From assembly GCA_002779065.1 (NCBI GenBank), contig PEXL01000017.1:1-42766 (forward strand): 42,766 nt of DNA, in the 5' to 3' direction. The stretch comes from Candidatus Diapherotrites archaeon CG08_land_8_20_14_0_20_34_12. Lineage in GTDB: Archaea > Iainarchaeota > Iainarchaeia > Iainarchaeales > 0-14-0-20-34-12. Within the stretch, counting starts at the first letter, position 1. Every line of letters starts with the position of its first letter. The notes below the pieces were generated by a model, which ran no database searches, was not told the origin of the DNA, and was given only the letters and a program-made list of their open reading frames with translations. The position numbers were made by a program, and so were the translations under genes. Positions 38,314 to 42,766 of the stretch are shown piece by piece.

Positions 38314-38394
38314 CCTTTTCTTTCTTTCGCAAAGAAAGAAAAGTCTAGGTGCTGACAAAAGAAAGAAAACTTAGTTGCCAAAAGAGAAAGAAAA
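38314..38394 (+). repeat. Y-hairpin-R plus mirror-R element, copy C (with a third purine tract)
   Basis: CCTTTTCTTTCTTT-cgc-AAAGAAAGAAAAG, linker TCTAGGTGCTGAC, AAAAGAAAGAAAA, CTTAGTTGCC, then AAAAGAGAAAGAAAA. Confidence 0.7.
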
Positions 38395-38562
38395 TTATCT
38401 TGAAGATAATTTATTCTGCTGCCTGCTCCAGACTTTATTCGGGGTTTTTTTAAGCCAAGCTGCATAAGCGTCAATAAATTGCAGTCTTTGTTCAAAATTC
38501 CTTTTCTTTTCCTCTTCAAGCTCCCTTAAGTCTGATTTTGTAAGTTTTAGTAATTTTTCCAT
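38395..38562 (-). CDS. Small 55-aa protein overlapping the end of the NTase gene (MEKLLKLTKSDLRELEEEKKRNFEQRLQFIDAYAAWLKKTPNKVWSRQQNKLSSR)
   Basis: The ATG overlaps the last 16 nt of the upstream ORF. The composition looks protein-like. It is below the ORF-track cut-off. Confidence 0.4.
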   Translation of the reverse strand: MEKLLKLTKSDLRELEEEKKRNFEQRLQFIDAYAAWLKKTPNKVWSRQQNKLSSR

Positions 38563-39155
38563 AAAATCCTCTCGGCTTCCTTTTGGACCATTAATTCCTT
38601 AATATGTGATTTTAACAAATCAATATCCAAATGTTCTTTAAATACTTTATATAAGTGCCTTGCATCTTCAAAATCCTTCTCGCTACCTAACTTGAGCTTG
38701 AATGCAATCTGCAATTCTATTTCAGAAGTATTCAATTTATTGCTATTTAACAAAACTTCAACTTTATTTATTAAAGAATAATTATTATATTTTGTTTTCG
38801 GGAACTTTATCTCACAGTTTGGGATGAAAGTATTTTTTAATGCAAACCGGATTGCAAGCTTTTCTTTCAGGTAATTTTCATAGGCATCCTTGGCATCTGC
38901 TGCATTTAAGCAGTCAAATTCTTTCACCAAATCATTCCAAAATTCCTGAAATTTGCTAAACGGCATTTCTTCGATGAAAAAATCAACATCTTCTGTTTCC
39001 CTGCTTCTTCCAAATAAAATTGCAATATAACCAGAAATGATCACATAATCAATTTTGTGTTTTTTAAGCATCTTTACAAATTTAAGCACAAAGCGATCAA
39101 GCGGAGAAAGCTCTTTTTTGAATGAAATTTTATTTTTAGAAAAAGCCAATTCCAT
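38547..39155 (-). CDS. Nucleotidyltransferase-fold protein (AbiEii/MNT-like pattern)
   Basis: ISGYIAILFGRSRETEDVDFFI resembles the G[SG]-x-G-x-R-x-T-x-D[IV]D motif of the minimal NTase fold. Confidence 0.45.
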   Translation of the reverse strand: MELAFSKNKISFKKELSPLDRFVLKFVKMLKKHKIDYVIISGYIAILFGRSRETEDVDFFIEEMPFSKFQEFWNDLVKEFDCLNAADAKDAYENYLKEKLAIRFALKNTFIPNCEIKFPKTKYNNYSLINKVEVLLNSNKLNTSEIELQIAFKLKLGSEKDFEDARHLYKVFKEHLDIDLLKSHIKELMVQKEAERILWKNY

Positions 39156-39174
39156 AAATAGAACTTATTGAAAG

Positions 39175-39212
39175 CATTTAAATTGGTTTTCAAGGAGCAG
39201 ATTTCCGCTGAA
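39175..39212 (-). promoter_or_regulatory. NTase operon promoter: TATA (39175-39182) plus motif copy 5 (39195-39212)
   Basis: Plus strand reads GAGCAGATTTCCGCTGAA, 12 nt from TTTAAATG, which is 19 nt from the ATG. Confidence 0.5.
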
Positions 39213-39281
39213 TTAGCTGCGCTTTGGCGCTAAAACAAAGAAATCAATCTGTTTTTATTATTGTTTGTGATTAATTTGATT

Positions 39282-39638
39282 ATGAATTATAAACAAGTGA
39301 TTGTAATCAGGGCAGACCTAAAAATGGGCAAGGGGAAAATTGCCGCGCAATCAAGCCATGCTTCTTTGGCAGCATATGAAAAAGCCTTGAATAAAGAGCC
39401 TGACTGGGTGGAAGAATGGAAGAGCATTGGGCAGGAAAAGGTTGTTTTAAAGGTTGGAAGTGAAAAGGAATTGCTTGAGATGTTTGAAGCTGTTAAAAAA
39501 AGGTTTCAGGGCATGCCTGCATTAATAACTGATGCTGGGCATACTCAAATTGTGGCAGGAACAAAAACCTGCTTTGCTGTTGGCCCTGTACCTGAGACCG
39601 AAATAGATAAAATAACTGGCAAGCTTAAATTAATATAA
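39282..39638 (+). CDS. pth2: Peptidyl-tRNA hydrolase, archaeal/eukaryotic Pth2 type
   Basis: VIVIRADLKMGKGKIAAQSSHASLAAY and AVGP. The ATG at 39282 is preferred over the TTG at 39261. Confidence 0.85.
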   Translation: MNYKQVIVIRADLKMGKGKIAAQSSHASLAAYEKALNKEPDWVEEWKSIGQEKVVLKVGSEKELLEMFEAVKKRFQGMPALITDAGHTQIVAGTKTCFAVGPVPETEIDKITGKLKLI

Positions 39639-39659
39639 TAAAGAGTTAGGGGGGAGAAC

Positions 39660-40142
39660 ATGATGGAAAAGTATGTATTTAGCAGAGTTTTCTTGGTTTT
39701 TTTCTTGCTCCTTGTAATGTTTGGGTTATTGGGCTTAGGCAATAATGTAAAAAGCCCATTAAATAAAAATAATTTTTTCGGATTTGCAACATTATGGCAA
39801 GCACCGGAAGGAACTAATTTGGAAGAAACACCTGTAGAAAATCAGCAGCAGGCATTGCAATCAGAAAAACCTGTTTTAAGTGCATTAAAAGTTGCATTAT
39901 GCTTGAAAGATGCTGGTGCAAAAATATATGGAATATATTGGAGTGAACATACTGCTAAACAAAGAGAAATATTGGGGGAGTATTTCAAATACTTAACCTA
40001 TGTTGAATGCCAAACAGGCAATGAAATACTGCCTGAATGTGAAGGAGTCAAGGTTTCAGAATATCCTTTATGGGTAATAAATGGCAAAAAACTGAAAGGA
40101 GAGCAAACTTTGGAACAATTGGCAACTGCTGCCGGCTGCTAA
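39660..40142 (+). CDS. Secreted thioredoxin-fold protein related to the Trx-like domain of VKOR fusions, with its CxxC motif lost
   Basis: GAKIYGIYWSEHTAKQREILG...YVEC...PEC...EYPLWVINGK aligns by eye with GAKMYGAYWCPHCHEQKELFG...YVEC...SYPTWIINGR. CPHC is replaced by SEHT. Confidence 0.55.
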   Translation: MMEKYVFSRVFLVFFLLLVMFGLLGLGNNVKSPLNKNNFFGFATLWQAPEGTNLEETPVENQQQALQSEKPVLSALKVALCLKDAGAKIYGIYWSEHTAKQREILGEYFKYLTYVECQTGNEILPECEGVKVSEYPLWVINGKKLKGEQTLEQLATAAGC

Positions 40143-40195
40143 ACTGCTTTTGAGAACAGGATTAAATTTATTAAAAGAACTTTCATAAGCATAGT

Positions 40196-40849
40196 ATGCT
40201 TGCAAGGAAAAAAAGAGTGTTTGTTTTTTTTGCTATAATTTATGTCATATTTATTTCTGTTTTTCTGTATTTGCTCTTTTTTAATTCAGGATTAACATTG
40301 GATAGGGAAATAACCCCTAATGGGGAAAAACTTTTTTTAAGCAATGAAGCTTCACACATAATCAATAATATAGATATAATTGATGAAAAAGGAAACAAAA
40401 TAGGCTTTATTGCTGAATTAAAACCAAAAGAAAAGAAGGTTATTGAAGTTCCAAAAGAAATAATAAAAATAACGGCAAATGCGCCATGGCATGTTCCTGT
40501 CAGCATAGCAATAATTAAAATTGAGGCCGGTGTTCCTCTTAATTTAAGTGCAAATTACCCAAAAAAGGTAAAGGTTGGAACAGTATTCAAGATTTATCTT
40601 GAAATTTGCTCGGATGAGATGAAAACCGGGGAGATAGAAACAAGCATAGCTTCAGATTTATTGAAAACTGATGATATGGATACAGATAATGATAAGCTAT
40701 TTGAAAGAACTATTGCTATGAATGGCCAAAAATGCATTAATGAAGACTTTGAATTTGAGGCAATAGGAAAAGGAACTGCACAGATAATATTTAAATTAAA
40801 AGCACTAAATACTATAAAGGAATTAAAGGTAGAGATGGTGATTGAATAA
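40196..40849 (+). CDS. Membrane-anchored hypothetical protein
   Basis: N-terminal TM helix. No motif recognised. Confidence 0.45.
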   Translation: MLARKKRVFVFFAIIYVIFISVFLYLLFFNSGLTLDREITPNGEKLFLSNEASHIINNIDIIDEKGNKIGFIAELKPKEKKVIEVPKEIIKITANAPWHVPVSIAIIKIEAGVPLNLSANYPKKVKVGTVFKIYLEICSDEMKTGEIETSIASDLLKTDDMDTDNDKLFERTIAMNGQKCINEDFEFEAIGKGTAQIIFKLKALNTIKELKVEMVIE

Positions 40850-41511
40850 TGCCTGCTAAAGAAGTTCAAAAAGAATCCAGTATTATCCAAATAATACAGG
40901 ATATGGTAAAAAATGGTGAATCTGAAGAAAAAATAATTGCCACTTTGCAATCTCTTGGGGTAGAACCGGAAAAGGCAAAAAGGCTTCTTTTATTGGGGCA
41001 AGCAGATACCTTTGCACTATTGAGGAATGAGATCAGCAAAATAGTTGCCAATGACTTGGAAAAGGAAAAGCCAAAAACGGTGAAATATCTGCAGGAGCAA
41101 TCGGATATTGTAAGCAAGGAAATGAAAAAAAGGGTAAGTGCGGAAGTAATGGGGGATCTTGAAAAATATGAAAAAAATGTTACAGGGCAAAGCAAGACAT
41201 TTCAACAGCAGATGGGGGATAATATAAAAGCAGTAACTGATTTAACTGACAGGACTAAGAATGCATTAAATGAATTAGGGTTAAGGATTAATACAATTGA
41301 GAAGGATATGGAAGAATTGAAGATTAAGGGTGTAGGGTCAAGAAATAAATTCATTTCATTTGGATTATTATTCCTTGGATTAATCTTCTGCTTCAGCGCA
41401 TTATATCTGTTTTTTACAAATGCCCAGGTAATGAGCATGGAGAACATAATAATTACTGTAGTGATGGCATTAGTAGGAATAACAATTTTGTTTGTTGCTA
41501 CGCTTGTGTAA
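40849..41511 (+). CDS. Coiled-coil protein with C-terminal TM helices
   Basis: The ATG overlaps the upstream stop (TAATG). Two hydrophobic helices lie at the C-terminus. Confidence 0.45.
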   Translation: MPAKEVQKESSIIQIIQDMVKNGESEEKIIATLQSLGVEPEKAKRLLLLGQADTFALLRNEISKIVANDLEKEKPKTVKYLQEQSDIVSKEMKKRVSAEVMGDLEKYEKNVTGQSKTFQQQMGDNIKAVTDLTDRTKNALNELGLRINTIEKDMEELKIKGVGSRNKFISFGLLFLGLIFCFSALYLFFTNAQVMSMENIIITVVMALVGITILFVATLV

Positions 41512-41536
41512 ACAGGACAAGAAATTTTTTAATATC

Positions 41537-42301
41537 TTAAGGGTTTCTCCTTCTTGGTGCTTTTCTTTCAACTAATTCTAATTGTTTAGCTAGCACTGAA
41601 AGATTAGATATTGTGCCCAAAGCATTATTTACTTCTTTAGGATTTTTCATAAAATAAATAGATTCCTGAAATGCTGCTATTCCAGATAAACATCTTTCAT
41701 AAGGAGACATATGTGCGCTTGCGGTTATTGCAGAAATTCTTCCTGGAAATTCTGTTTCTTTCAGTGATGGAAAATCCTTTTCAAATTCTAAACCAATAAC
41801 TGCTTTTTTAATTCCTGATAAAATACCATTTACTAAAGAATCAGTTCTTCTTCTTTCTTTGTGTGCTTCGCTTTTTACGCCTTTGGCCAGTTTGGGGTAA
41901 TTTCTCTCTGGGTTGCTTCTTCTTGGCAAATCTTTTTCAGGTTTACCTTTAAGTGGCATCCTTCTTCCAAGCGCTTGCCCAGCCGACCTGTTTATTGTTT
42001 CAAGGGCATTTGCTCGCTCTGCTGATGTGCCCATGGAATAAATTGCTTCATTAAATGCGCCGATAAGTGCAGTTTCCCTTTCAGTACGGAAAAAATGCGG
42101 GCTCAGGGTTATTGCTACAATCCTGTCAAAGACAGGAGTATTTTTTATTGAGGGAAATTCTTCTTCAAGGTCTGCTTCAATATGAGCTACCGCAGTAAGC
42201 AATTTCCTCCTTCTAGCTGAACGGTCAGTGCTTCTTCTTAGACTAATGCCTCTTTTTGGATTTCGTGCAACCGGTTTTCTTGCAGAAGTTCTTTGTGGCA
42301 T
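41537..42301 (-). CDS. Arg-rich protein with an internal tandem domain duplication (family B)
   Basis: The start is taken at MPQRTSARKPVARNPKRG. Two roughly 75-aa repeats share FPS.K.T.F..RI.AIT.S.H...ER....AF.E.IY.M......NAL.TI. Confidence 0.55.
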   Translation of the reverse strand: MPQRTSARKPVARNPKRGISLRRSTDRSARRRKLLTAVAHIEADLEEEFPSIKNTPVFDRIVAITLSPHFFRTERETALIGAFNEAIYSMGTSAERANALETINRSAGQALGRRMPLKGKPEKDLPRRSNPERNYPKLAKGVKSEAHKERRRTDSLVNGILSGIKKAVIGLEFEKDFPSLKETEFPGRISAITASAHMSPYERCLSGIAAFQESIYFMKNPKEVNNALGTISNLSVLAKQLELVERKAPRRRNP

Positions 42302-42391
42302 ACTAAAAGAATACGCACAAATCAATTAAAGATATTTCGGCTTGTAAATCCTTTTTAAAGGTTCTCGTTTATTATAATGATATTGATTTCT

Positions 42392-42568
42392 ATGATGTTT
42401 CTTGAATTAGAACAGATTATTGTTGAATTGGAAAGAAGGTCCTTAGCTGAAAACAGCGTAAGAAGAAGGGTATTAATTAAGGAAGCAATTGAACGCCTGA
42501 AAAAAGTAAAATCTTTGCTTGATGAAGAAGAAAAAGAAAAGACAATGAACAAAGAATCAAAGCATTAA
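42392..42568 (+). CDS. Small coiled-coil protein, speculative
   Basis: MMFLELEQIIVELERRSLAEN...EEEKEK. No family recognised. Confidence 0.3.
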   Translation: MMFLELEQIIVELERRSLAENSVRRRVLIKEAIERLKKVKSLLDEEEKEKTMNKESKH

Positions 42569-42612
42569 ATTCGTTTTTTAAATCCTATTCTAAAGAGTTA
42601 TTTGTACAAAAT

Positions 42613-42702
42613 GGGCCCGTAGCTCAGTTGGCAGAGCACCAGACTCTTAGTTCAATAAAAGGAGCTATCTGGGTGTCCTGGGTTCGAATCCCAGCGGGCT
42701 CG
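42613..42702 (+). tRNA. tRNA-Lys(CUU) with a 17-nt intron (42650-42666) at position 37/38
   Basis: GGGCCCG TA GCTC AGTTGGCA GAGC A CCAGA CT CTT A [gttcaataaaaggagct] A TCTGG GTGTC CTGGG TTCGAAT CCCAG CGGGCTC G. BHB central helix is CTCT/GGAG. No CCA is encoded. Confidence 0.9.
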
Positions 42703-42711
42703 TTACCGAAC

Positions 42712-42764
42712 CTCTCTTTTCTTTACGAAAGAAAAGAGAGTTGAGGTGTGTCAGAGAAAAGAAA
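42712..42764 (+). repeat. Y-hairpin-R plus mirror-R element, copy D (9 nt downstream of tRNA-Lys, cut by the window end)
   Basis: CTCTCTTTTCTTT-acg-AAAGAAAAGAGAG, linker TTGAGGTGTGTC, then AGAGAAAAGAAA, the mirror of R1. Confidence 0.7.
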
Positions 42765-42766
42765 CC

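Noticed and set aside
38214-38519. 101-aa ORF, and the 28-codon N-terminal extension of nurA (38249-38332)
   Set aside because: Both use TTG starts and translate the promoter motif and the Y/R repeat. The nurA ATG at 38248 sits at the typical distance from a TATA box. A different frame holds the better 55-aa ORF at 38395-38562.
427-39212. The motif copies considered as replication-origin ORB elements
   Set aside because: All copies have the same orientation and are dispersed over 39 kb. Each is tied to a TATA box at fixed spacing. There are no inverted pairs around an AT-rich unwinding element and no orc1/cdc6 gene in the window. The resemblance to the mini-ORB core is kept only as a hint about a possible binding protein.

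Overview
AT-rich archaeal chromosome segment. Archaeal markers include aEF-1beta, RpoK, S17e, Pelota, ABCE1, Elp3, a class I CCA-adding enzyme, Pth2, ApgM, Rad50/HerA/NurA and BHB-type tRNA introns. The compact gene set fits a small DPANN-like genome, but that is inference only. Positions 0.5-28.7 kb are mostly housekeeping: an MtnA / class II aldolase / Zn-ADH / class I aldolase cluster, a four-gene pilin-like operon, a divergent ABCE1-Pelota pair, PurF, Elp3, Taw3, ThpR, a FlaI/PilB-type ATPase, Cca, a Zn-ribbon/aEF-1beta pair and Rad50. Positions 29.3-42.3 kb are the unusual part. HerA carries a 683-aa LAGLIDADG intein in its P-loop, and HerA, NurA, a degenerate PolB-like gene and a nucleotidyltransferase operon are separate transcription units. 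Each unit has the same 18-21 nt motif fixed 10-12 nt upstream of its TATA box. Arg-rich lineage-specific genes that all start with Met-Pro are interleaved between them, including one frame broken only by two TAG codons. A second recurring element has five copies: a polypyrimidine/polypurine hairpin followed by a mirror-repeat purine tract with an AGGT-containing linker, an arrangement that could form a triplex. Copies sit next to two of these promoters, directly 3' of tRNA-Lys, and twice (inverted) inside a 170-nt intron of tRNA-Arg(UCG). All calls come from reading the sequence and recalling motifs; no database search was possible. Antisense ORFs from the track are treated as spurious.
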